Assembly (NCBI RefSeq): GCF_001194135.2
Contig: NC_068997.1
Coordinates: forward strand, 37,487,044 to 37,551,043
DNA from: Octopus bimaculoides
Taxonomy: Eukaryota
Reading direction: 5' to 3'
DNA length: 64,000 bases
Positions 11,484 through 22,900 of the stretch are shown here, piece after piece. Position 1 is the stretch's first letter, and the number at the start of each line of letters is the position of its first letter. The position numbers and the translations under genes are program-made. Under the pieces are notes generated by a model. The model was given only the letters and a program-made list of their open reading frames with translations. It was not told where the DNA came from and ran no database searches.

Positions 11484-12019
11484 AAATTTTTCAAAAATTA
11501 TTATGTAGTGCATTATTAATTTATTAAAACTGATATAAGTTTTTTCAAGTTTATTGCAATTTCTATAGAATGATTACAGAGAATGATAACAAAGAGCAAG
11601 CAAATATAAAAGTCTTCTAATTCATGTAGCTTTACTGCTAATGATAGAGTAACAGTAGAACACTTGCTGTAAGAGTCTCTACTCTTTATTCTGATATTAA
11701 AATACTAACAAAATCCTGACCTGATGTTTACATTGACACTAAACCTGTATTGTTTCTATCTTAAAGATTTAGATGTTGTGGGTGGAAATGAAAGCTTTTT
11801 CATGAGTTTAAATATATGCTGTTGTGTCCCTACTGAAGAATAGTAACTGTTTATATACATATAAATGGATCTTCAATTGGTTTCAATAATAAGTATTGTT
11901 GATCAAAAAGGCTAGCTGCTCAATGTAATGTTTATGAAGAAACAGTATGACAAAGTATGTGACATGGTAGGCCCATTCAAGTGTATATATAGTCCATCTG
12001 ATGAGCGTCTACATAATTC

Positions 12020-12140
12020 CCACTGACCCAATTTTACTCATTAGGTTTTGCTTGAACAGAAGGTATGGTAGAAAATAACTTGCCCAGTGTGCTGAACAGT
12101 GGAGTTAAACCTAGGACCTAATGACTGCAAAATGAACATC
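12020..12140 (-). mobile_element. Degenerate SINE-B 5' portion
   Basis: Reverse complement contains cacactgggcaagttattttctaccatacc (CORE-like). Confidence 0.45.
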
Positions 12141-12149
12141 TGATCTCAT

Positions 12150-13021
12150 TCTTACAGCTACACTCTCGGGGTATCCCCTCCACTACTAACTTGGTCACTT
12201 AGATAACAGAAGCTATCTACTACCTCCAGTTTGCCCCACTGTCAGTTGATGAAGTCTATTTTCTGTACATTTTCAGCGCTTATTGTACCTGTGCACCTTC
12301 CACATACAAAAGCTAGTTTCCCTGTTAACTTTCTTCAGATATTGCTGCATCTTTTATGTGTCCAAAGCTTACACTGTGTGCATCTTATGGAGTTTCTACC
12401 TACACCTTTCCTACAAAGTGAGTGGGGCCATCTACCTGAAGGGATTTGTGATTTGTCTGCCTTCCTACTTACTATGACTTTTGCTAGGTTAACTCTAAGG
12501 CCCTTTGATTTTATACCTTACTTCCATACCTGGAACTTCTCTAGTTCAGGTAGTAATTCATCAGCATAGAGGAGCTACCAGGGGCAGCCTGTCTTGAATT
12601 CTTCTGTTATTGCCTGGAGGACTATGATGAACAAGAGGAGCTGAGCACCGACCCTTGGTGAACCCCTACTTGTACCCTGAATTCTTTGGTGTACTCATTG
12701 CCCACCCTCACCTTACTGGTAGCGACCCTGTACAAGGCTTGTATGGCACTCACCAACCACTCGTACATCGCTAGTTTCTGAATTGACCACTAGATAAGGG
12801 ACTGGGGGACTCTGTCAAAAGCTTTCTCCAAGTCAACAAAAGCCAAGTACAGAGGTTTATCTTTGGATAGGTATTTCTCCTGCAATTGCCTTACCAGAAA
12901 TATAGCATTAGTGGTGTTTCTAACTGGCACAAAACCAAACTGCATCTCATCTAAACTAACTCTCTCTTTAATTAGTTGGGCTATGAATCTCTCCTCAACT
13001 TTCATCATCTGATCCAACTAT
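12150..13021 (-). mobile_element. RTE-clade LINE RT fragment (second subfamily), truncated by an N gap
   Basis: DEMQFGFVPVRNTTNAIFLVRQLQEKYL..KPLYLAFVDLEKAFDRVP; VKVGVHQGSVLS; SKGLRVNLAK; Cys/His module. Confidence 0.85.
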
Positions 13022-13141
13022 NNNNNNNNNNNNNNNNNNNNNNNNNNNNNNNNNNNNNNNNNNNNNAAAAGCAGACACAAAAAAACAACGCAAGGACATG
13101 GTACATGCAAAGTATTAGCAGACGCTCAAGGAAGGATGTTT

Positions 13142-13370
13142 GGCCATTTCAAGTGACTCCTTTAATTAATTAATGAAAACATTACATCGTTTGAAAGAAA
13201 TCGATCTCTTCAGATGATTGCATAGACTTCAAACATAGAGGATACAACCATTTCCTTAGCATATTCACATCAATAATGTTTGAAGTCTATGCAGTCATCT
13301 GAAGAGAATGGTTTCTTTCAAATAATGTAATGCCTTTATTAATCAATTAAAAGAGTTGCTTGAGATAGCC
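13142..13370. mobile_element. Hairpin/MITE-like element (~95-bp arms, 39-bp spacer)
   Basis: Arm 13142-13236 is an imperfect reverse complement of 13276-13370 (cttcagatgattgcatagacttcaaacat / atgtttgaagtctatgcagtcatctgaag). Confidence 0.7.
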
Positions 13371-13760
13371 GTAATAAAATGACACATGTACATCTTTCTT
13401 ACCCATTTATATTTTATTCAGCTAACCTGGAATTTGCACTTCAGAAACACTATAGAAAGTACTTTTATAAAGTACTTCTTACTTCGCAGCTATACCTGTG
13501 CCTATATCTTACTGATAAGAATAAAGTTTCTCAAATGGGTAGAGAAATTTGAAGGATTGTTTTGGGATATCTTCATTTATCTGGGTTGTGTTGTCTGCAC
13601 ATGGCAGGAATATCAGGTACAACACCCCTGCACGGAGTCTTGATATTCAATATTCAATTGATATTGTTTGAGAGTGTGGATTATACCGACCTAGCAAGGT
13701 ACCTCAATTTAAGTACCTAATTCAATGGAAACTTAATTATATATATATATATATATATAT

Positions 13761-13825
<65 letters not shown>

Positions 13826-14074
13826 TTAAACGTGACTTGAACAAATAAAGCTTTGAATAATAAGTAAATATTGGTTAAAAAATCCCTTTTGGATAGAAAG
13901 TACCAAAGGCTGCTCATAGGACTCAAAAATCTGCATCTCCAGTAGACAAGACAGGCATTCTATCATTGGGCCAAAACAATACTTCAAATTTCTCTACCCA
14001 TTTCAGAAACTTTATTCTTATCAGCAAGATATAGGCACAGGTATGGCTGTGAAGAAGTTTGCTTCCCAATCACA

Positions 14075-14446
14075 TGACGATATGTGCATCTCTGATCATG
14101 AGCAGAAGTAGTGGGGGAGCATCATAGCCATGTGTTGAGAGGAACTTTTTGGGTGTTTGAATAAAACACCTTTGGAAACATGGGTGTTTTGCTTAACATC
14201 CTTAAACAAACCTTATTGAGGGACCTTTTGAGCGGGATGGGCTACTTGACATGAAGAAAATTCTAAAATTCCACCTGCGAGGTCATGCGCTGTTTATCTT
14301 GATATGAGAATCACCATGTTGCACACATATGGTTGTGATGCATGTGCCTGGTGTACCCTTATCAGATGGGTAGTCATGATGGGTATAATGGGCTTCGTAT
14401 ATTTTACCCTGGTGTCACTTTGATGGCAAGGACTGCTCTCTCACTC
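14075..14446 (+). mobile_element. Unclassified ~370-bp interspersed repeat with (AAT)n tail, copy 1
   Basis: Colinear with the reverse complement of 41325-41697; followed by perfect (AAT)n at 14447-14490. Confidence 0.7.
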
Positions 14447-14490
<44 letters not shown>

Positions 14491-14491
<1 letters not shown>

Positions 14492-15450
14492 TCTGTGTGT
14501 TTAGAAAAAATCTCAAAGGGGGAGGTGTTGTGGTGGATGCCCCCAGATGAGAAGTGGGCTGGTCCACTACAAATGAATAGTGGATGGACACAGCCAGTAA
14601 TATCATTCGGCAAAGGTACGCCATTCGAACCTGCGATACATCAGATAGTATCTGAAGAATGTGAGTCACTTTGCTCTGTTCTAATTTGCAGAACCCAAGC
14701 ATTTCTTTCTGCATCCTAGATTTAAGAGCTGTAGGCTTCTCATCAGTTCTCCTTAGATGTTCTATTTTGCCTGAATTTTTGAAGAGCATTCACATCTACT
14801 GGGCAGCTGATCTCTATAATGATGTATGACTTTTACTTCTTATCCCTTACAACCATATTTAGCCTGTTGTGCTTACACCAGATTGCTACTTTTATTGGAA
14901 TCCTCCATAGAATTCTTTATTTTTAAAGGTGTTGATACTCTCTGATTCTAGTGTGCCTTTGGTATGGCCATTAAAACAATTCTTTCTTGTGGATAGCATT
15001 GTAAACTAAAATTGCTGATGATATCATGTTGCTTAGGGAGGTAGTATGTTGTAGATATTTTGGGGTTTCTTCTGGTGTGATAAATGATATCTTCCACACT
15101 AATCTGGCATAATTGACACTTTCTGTCACAGCATGCATGTTTAAAGGCATCTACATCTCTTTTGTTGATTAGGTATTTAGTAGCTATCTCCTCTTCATGC
15201 ATACCCAAAACATAGCCTTTTAAATGAGATGTGTTTTGCATGAGACAGGTCCAGGAGAGGCTACTATTCTTGTTAATGTTGCTAGAATACTTCAGCCTGT
15301 GTACCATGTACCTACGCATAACTTTCTGCTGAGAGGTAATTTTTTATTCCCACTTAAACGTAGATGTTCTGTTAGAACAAACTACACTGAGGTAGATAAT
15401 ATGATTAACTTCCATATTGGCTTTTGGTGCAAAATTCACTCTTGTTTATA
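14491..15450 (-). mobile_element. R4/Dong-like 3' fragment (CCHC knuckle + RLE + 3'UTR)
   Basis: GYVLGMHEEEIATKYL...KCQLCQISVEDII...YYLPKQHD; KHNRLNMVVRDKK..IIEISCPVDVN. Confidence 0.8.
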
Positions 15451-16330
15451 TCGCTAGAGGGGAAATAAATTTCTGCCACCTCCAGATCACATGATTTTGA
15501 CCTTCTTTGGTCTTGTCAATGATGGATGCTTGACTGCTAGAAATAACAGTGACTCATCTCTCCACCAACGATATATAGAATAACAGTGTCAGAACAGGTG
15601 CTGGCGTCACAATTAGCCATTGAGCTTGTTAAAAAATATATATTAGTGATAGAGGTAGTATTAATACTAAGAGATAATATCTATCCCCACTTAAACATGG
15701 ATGTTCTGTCAGAACAAACTATACTGTGGTAGATGCCATGAGAGAAACTCTCATATTGGCTTTTGGTGCAAAATGTCAATATATATCTTTTAACTTTCTG
15801 CTGGTATAGTGAGTATTTCTCTTCTATCTTTGTTTAATTAGGTCAATCCAGTCACCCCTGGTTCACATAACTATATTCATTTTTCTCTTCATTGTTTAGT
15901 AAATGTTGTCTATATGACAGAATGTGATACTGAAAGGCAGTGTTGACTGATCTTATCCCACTGTTTAACATAGATCCTGTCAGTGTCAGTGTTGATGTAG
16001 AAGTTACATTTCATTTTTAGTATCTTCTAGTTTTCATGTCCAAGTTGCAAGTTTTTTTTCAGGTGTCTTGTCTAGTATCCCCATGGACACTGCTAAAACA
16101 TTGTGGGGTGTAGTTTCATTAAATGTGAGCAGTTCTAATCTTTTAAAGTGTACTGAAATGTTCTTTTGCTACTCCTTTTATTCACTGCACCAATGTATGC
16201 AATATTCACATCTGTTCTAAGGTATTTTTTACAGTCACCTCTGGTGATAAGGGAGACAAACAGGCCATTGATATTCCATATTTTTTGCTTTGATGGCAAC
16301 CTTTCCTCATTTGTGTGTGCATGTGCATTT

Positions 16331-16372
<42 letters not shown>

Positions 16373-16379
16373 GAATGTA

Positions 16380-16960
16380 CGTGTGCATATGAGAGACTGT
16401 CCTGTAGGTTTTGATGTATGAATATCTGACAACCTACACTTTCTTTCTCTGTCATAATGCTTATGTGACATTTGAGTCCCACCAACAATTTGCAAAGCAG
16501 CCCACATTTGTCGCAAGTATGAGGATTATGGATTAATGCAGGCGGTATATTTGCAGTCACTTTTTTCCTTTGTCTTGTACCCCTAAGCCTGTTAATGCTG
16601 GTTGAAACAAAGTCTCTTATACTGTTTTGACATGATGATCTCCATTTTGTTCACTCCAAGGCTGTTTGCTCAAAGGTGTTGTGAGGTATATCAACTGCTT
16701 GTCGTTATATCTGAGCCATGGTTGGCCAACATTTCTGTACTCACTATCAACCTTGCTGTATATGAGGACTGAGTATTCTTTCATCACTCATTATTTTCCT
16801 GTGCTTGCATCAATTAGAAATCATTGAGGCAGATTTTCTGCACCTGACTGCCCTTCCTGTTACCAACTGTCACTGGTTTTCAAGCAAAGTATTTAATATT
16901 ACTCTCCATGTTCAGACATATTTTTCAATGAAGACTGGAGACAAATGACACTACTTCGTG
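16380..16960 (-). mobile_element. Decayed RTE-like LINE 3' fragment with terminal C2H2-like motif
   Basis: MSDERI...NVGQPWLRYND; CDKCGLLCKLLVGLKCHI. Confidence 0.55.
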
Positions 16961-17214
16961 TGATGGTGATGCTAATTTACAGCCATCACGTAATGTCAAA
17001 GGAAAGGTATACACACAAGCTCACACACACACATACTTATTTTACTACCATTTAACTGTCAAATTATGTATGTTTGTGGGGGGATGTATGCATGCATATA
17101 TGTCTATTTGTACATATGAATATATAGAATTATTTACAAATAAGGGTTCTGAATTCCAGTTCAAATTTCAAATTTGGTCAGGGACAATATATATACCCAT
17201 ATATATGTATACAT

Positions 17215-17375
17215 ATACAATGGGTGTCCTCTAATATTTATCAAATTCACTCACAAAGTTTTGGCTGGCTTGAACTCTTGTAGTAGACATTTGCTCAAGG
17301 TACCATGACTGCATGGAACTGAAACCAACACCATGTGTTAGGAAGCAAGCTCCTTAACCACACAAACACCTGTGT
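17215..17375 (-). mobile_element. SINE-B 5' half
   Basis: Reverse complement caggtgtttgtgtggttaaggagcttgcttcctaacacatgg...ggtaccttgagcaaatgtctactac. Confidence 0.65.
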
Positions 17376-18004
17376 CTGTACACAGATACACACCTGTGCC
17401 TGTATACACACTCACACAAATGCATACCCATACAGACACATATTTTTATGCTTGTATATATTTTCGTATATATTTTATGCTTGTATAGTTTATGTATGTG
17501 TATACCTGTGTGTGTGTGTGTGTGTGTGGGTGTGTGAAGAGAAAGGAAACCTGTTGAATCCTAAATTTATTACATATCAAAAAGTTATTGAAAAGCATCT
17601 AATATCATTTAAATTTTAGATTCACATGAAAATGGTAATATTCATGAACACTCTTTCTAAATATAATTCTGCAATCTTTGTTGTATTTGTCTTTCAAATG
17701 GTTTACATCAAAATGAGCATATTCAAAAGGTGATTCTTTTTTGTTATCATAGTAACTTTTAGATAACACTCCTATATTATATGGTTAACACTGTTATTCT
17801 GCATTAAATCAAAGTTGATGAATGTTATATAAAGTAAGCTTTGATTAGTCTATTTCTGGTAAAGACTGGCATAAATTTTGGTTTTGAATTTAATAATTCT
17901 TTCTCATATAGGCATTTACTCACAAAGCTAAGTGCACCAATTATTATTGGTATAAATGTGAATTTATAATCTGGAAATAGAAGCTAGAGGTTTTGAAGTT
18001 GTCC

Positions 18005-18390
18005 ATAATTGTCCTCTTTTTCTTTGATTTTCAAACAACAATATCTGGTTGGCTATATTTATACTATTGATGGGAATGTTCCACTAGTATTCTTTGAGTT
18101 GATGTTTGTGCATGTATTCAATAACAAGGAGACTCTCTATATTCATTCCAGGAGAGTATTTTTTTTCTGGCTAGTATTGTATATTGTTTTTGTAACAACA
18201 TCATGTCGCATAGGGAGGTAGTACCTTGATGATATTTTCGGGCAGCTGCTAATCATGTGTAATGTTTCCAGAGAAATATGACCTAATCTACATTTTCAAT
18301 TGCATCTTGGAGTTCCAAGGGCTGCACTGTCTCTTGTTTATTAGGTATTTTATAGCAATTGCCTGTTCTTGGATTGCAAATACATAGCCA
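18005..18390 (-). mobile_element. R4/Dong-like CCHC/RLE fragment
   Basis: GYVFAIQEQAIAIKYLINKR; QPDIVV. Confidence 0.7.
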
Positions 18391-18447
18391 TGCATGCATG
18401 CATGCATGGCTATGTATGTATGTATGTATGTATGTATGTATGTATGT

Positions 18448-19560
18448 ACTTTGCTGCTGCTTTTACTCCTGCTTTTGCTAAGGTTATCTCTCTGGGAATT
18501 TATGTCAGATATCGATCTTCTGGACGCCTCTTTAATCTTCGCCAATTTGCTGCCAATTCATAGGTCCTCCAGTCTATTATTCGTGACCTCCTTTATGCAG
18601 ATGACTGTGACTTAGTCACTCATACAGTGGATGACATGCAAATACTCATCAATTGCATTTCTGCAAGGCATTTGAACTTGGCATTAGCCTAGATAAGACT
18701 GNNNNNNNNNNNNNNNNNNNNNNNNNNNNNNNNNNNNNNNNNNNNNNNNNNNNNNNNNNNNNNNNNNNNNNNNCTTCAGTCTCGTGTCTGGTCCCAGCTT
18801 GGCATAGCAAGGCAAACAAAAGTTGCTGTGTACCGTGCTTGTGTACTAACATCACTCCTCTACTTGTGTGAAACATGGACTCTGTACAAATGTCAGGTAA
18901 GGGTCCTTGAACGCTTTCATCAGAGATGTCTCAGGCACATTCTCAATGTTGGCTGGACCTCAAGGATTCCAGACACACAGATCCTGAGGACAGCTGATAT
19001 CTTGAGTATTGAGGTGATGGTGCACAAGCACCGGTTATGTTGGACTGGATAGGTTATTAGAATGAAGGAGAGCAGGATTCCTAAGCAGATGCTATATGGA
19101 GAACTTGTGAATGGAAGGAAACTCCGGCAGAAACCAAGGCTGTGCTTTAAGGACTGTGTCAAGTCCTCATTAAAGGCCTGTGATATGCAGGACACTGACT
19201 GNNNNNNNNNNGTCAAGTCCTCATTAAAGGCCTGTGATATGCAGGACACTGACTGGGAGAGCAATGCCTGTCATCGCCACAGATGGAGGAAACAGGTTAA
19301 GGAGGGGATCAACACTTTTGAGAGAGCACGTATCCAGCATGAAGAATTTAAGCGAGTTGCACGAATGTGCACGGCTCGTATAGTGAATGGGGAAAGCTTA
19401 GTATGCAATGTTTGCAGTCGTGTGGTGCTTGTCAAGAGCAGGGCTCATTAGCCACCAACAGAGCCGTAAATGCAAAATGTAAGTTGGTACTGGAGCGTAG
19501 AATGTTCTTGAAGGTCGGCAAATGTCTTCCTCGGTCACGGGTAGACGGCCATCATCATGT
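18448..19560 (+). mobile_element. 5'-truncated RTE/BovB-like LINE with (ATGT)n on both sides
   Basis: LLYADD-type motif (CTCCTTTATGCAGATGAC); YRACVLTSLLYLCETWTLY..RFHQRCLRHIL; RIPKQMLYGELVNG..KPRLCFKDCVK; C-terminal CNVCSR. Confidence 0.9.
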
Positions 19561-19709
19561 ATGTATGTATGTATGTATGTTCTTTTGTTCCATTACTTTT
19601 ATTTTAAGCATTCCCTTTGCAGAATTGAAGCCAGTTACTAACAATGTGGCAAGGCTCTTTTGTTGAAGTCATGATAGTTCTTGGAGTTCATGGTTACCTA
19701 ACTTGGATG

Positions 19710-19935
<226 letters not shown>

Positions 19936-22900
19936 ACTCACACTGCTAACATATGCAATATTTTTCATCAATACTGAGGTATTTGTGACATTTATATGAT
20001 AGGTGAGATAGATAGGCAATTCGTATCCATTTTCTTAGTCTGGTTAACAATTTCTCTTTATTTAACTAACATTTAACTGTCAAATTATGTATGTTTGTGT
20101 GTGTGTGTGTGTGTGTGGGGTATGTATGCATGCATATATGTATGTTTGTACATATGAATATATAGAATTATTTACAAGTAAGTGTTCTGAATTCCAGTCC
20201 AAAGTTCAAATCTGGTCAGGGACAATATATATTTCTAGAAAAAAGAATATCTTGCATTTTTTGTTTCATATGATAATAACTCGTCTTTGAGTTCAGGCAT
20301 GAAATATGTATATCTTTCTGTACACATGTATGGTGATGTTGAATTTAATATGCCATCAGATCTCTAGGGTGCCACTAAAGAATTCCCATACAGTGCATCA
20401 AGAGTCATTCATCTTACCTGTTTCTCTTCTATCTCCAAGCAGTAAAGGCTGGAGGTGGTGAACTTGGCACCACAAACTAAAGAGAAGTTGTCAATTCATT
20501 ATTCTACAGTTGCTAATAACTGCAACTCTGTAAAATTAGTAAGTTGGTTTAAACATGAGGTACCTACTTGTAGTTTAAGTATTGAACCAATTAAAAATTA
20601 AATATCTTTCCTGTATTTTAGTGGCAGGATACCTCCTGACTTATTGTTTGATTCCTTATACATAGACCTACCAGTGCTCTTCATATAGCTTACATAAATC
20701 CTACTTTGTATGTAGTGTCTCAATAAATTTCTGTTGAGCTGATATGAGAAGTATGTTGCTTACCCACAGCTGCTTGCAAGTACCATTTCAAATATAGAGG
20801 TATTGCTGCAATTTGATATGTCTTCTAACAGAAATTATCTCAAAGACTGCTATATTTTTTTATACAGAAGGGATAGTATTAATGTCAGTTTGGGCATACA
20901 TTCTGTAAATTGTTTCATGTTACCCCAAAATAAAGTTACTTTACTCTAACAGTCTAAATATGCTATTATTTTAGTAGTCTGTACCAATGAGCAATAACTT
21001 TACAAGTAGTTTTAATGTTGCTTAATCTTTTATCTTCTTAATTGTTGCTATTTTCCAATGTTGAGTTCATCTTCTTCCCTTTTGTTGGCTGTTTTGCTCG
21101 TGGAACATCCATCTAGAAATACCAGTTATTTACTTTGTTATCAGTGAACTGATTGAAGTGGAGAGAAAAGAATGAATAAAGATTATGTTAGCAGAGAAGA
21201 GATGAGAGTGTTTAGTAGTATATTGAATGAAAGTAACTTTTGCCGCTTATCAACAAATGAATTATGATGCATGTGAAATATAAACTGGCATATTAAGAAT
21301 GATTGAGTTTATTATATTATATTATTTCAATGGGAAGAAATGTGAAGCAATTTTACTACACATAACTAACATATTCAAATGACCAGAGAATTTGAGATAT
21401 AGTTATGTATGATGTGGGTCATAATTGTAGGAAACTAGCAACTATAAGAATTTGCTTTTTATTTATGTTTCAGTGAATAAAACTGGATGTACATTTTATT
21501 TCAAAGATAAATTATGTATTCAGTTTATTATTTTAATAATTTTTTTAAATAAGTAGGCAAATTATCAAGAAAAATGTTTCTTTTATAGCTTGTAAATGCT
21601 GTTTCAGGTCACTCAGTTTTTTTACAAAGTTCATATTCTGTGTGTTAAAAAATAATGTTTATTTTCATATATTTTGTATTTTAGCCTTTCATATATCAAA
21701 TAGAATTATATCTAGAATTGAAGAAGTCTGTAGATAAATCAAATTGATATTATAGTAAATATAAATAATCCAGTTAATAATGGGGTGACTTATGTAGTTT
21801 TGTTACTTCCCATTTTGAGAAAAATGGATTTGTACTCTTTAAATCAAACATTTTTTTGTTTTGATAACATCTACAAATGTGCCATAATTAAGTATTAAAA
21901 GTTATATTTAACAGATTTTTAACTGATTGTTTATTAATAACTATAATTTCATCAGGTTTTACTTAATTAGCAAAGTTTGCTGATCTATCTTTAATTTCTT
22001 TTATTATTGAAGAAAACATCCAGTCCAAATACAACTTTATTTTATTTCCTTGCCACACACACTTACACTCACGCACACAAATTCACACCTACAAACATAA
22101 CCCCTTTTCCTATATCTGAAGTATAGGCCTATTTATACAACTGACAGGCTGCCCAGCCCACTGATACTACTATAGTAACTTGGCTTCCAATTTGTCCATT
22201 ATTCTATCGTGCATCAAACAGGAATGGGTGCATAAACCACCAAGTGGGTGAGCCATGATTGATAATACAAGCAGTATTAACTGCAGGTGAGTCCTTGTCC
22301 GTGTTTCTGAACTCAATCAACCTACCATCAGCCATATGCCTGCATGTTGTTCTCCTGCCAGCTGTTATCTACTGCTGCTGTTGCTACCACCACCATATTG
22401 CCAAAGTCACCTATTAGCTTCAGCTGTTAGTTGCATGAAAATGCACCAATATATCTCTATGGGATAAAGTGTTACAGCTATATTTTTTAAAGTTTAAAAG
22501 AAAAATAGCTCTTTTATGGTGTTGGGAAAACTTCAGTTTCCACAAGCTAATAAATTTTGCTTATTTGATAAGTTTACATGCTTTTTGGAGGTACTTTTAT
22601 CAAATTAATTTCGATGTTAAAATTAAAATATATATATCTTTATTTATAATATAAATTTGGAAATACAGATTATCGAAATTTAGTCATATATTTTAATGAA
22701 AAATTTAATATATTTTATAAAAAGGATTACTAATTTTGAAATTACACAAAGAGAAATTACCTGTAGTTTTTCATGCATTTTTATAACTATAATTATTAAT
22801 AAAATTATAGAATCATTTACAGTATTGAAGTAGTATTTTATAGAATTTAACTTACAGGTTACTTGACACTATTTGAGGCTAATATGTAAATGTTTTACAC

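Noticed and set aside
11011-11494. ORFs with LTLTLT/GLGLGL repeats
   Set aside because: These are translations of the telomeric palindrome on both strands, with no coding signature.
19158-19255. 44-bp direct repeat on both sides of a 10-N gap in the RTE copy
   Set aside because: This is the typical unmerged contig overlap; removing one copy restores a colinear ORF, so it is an assembly artefact.
20560-20830. Minus-strand peptide KFIETLHTK*DLCKLYEEHW*VYV*GIK faintly resembling a cullin repeat
   Set aside because: Multiple stops and very short similarity; unsupported without BLASTX.
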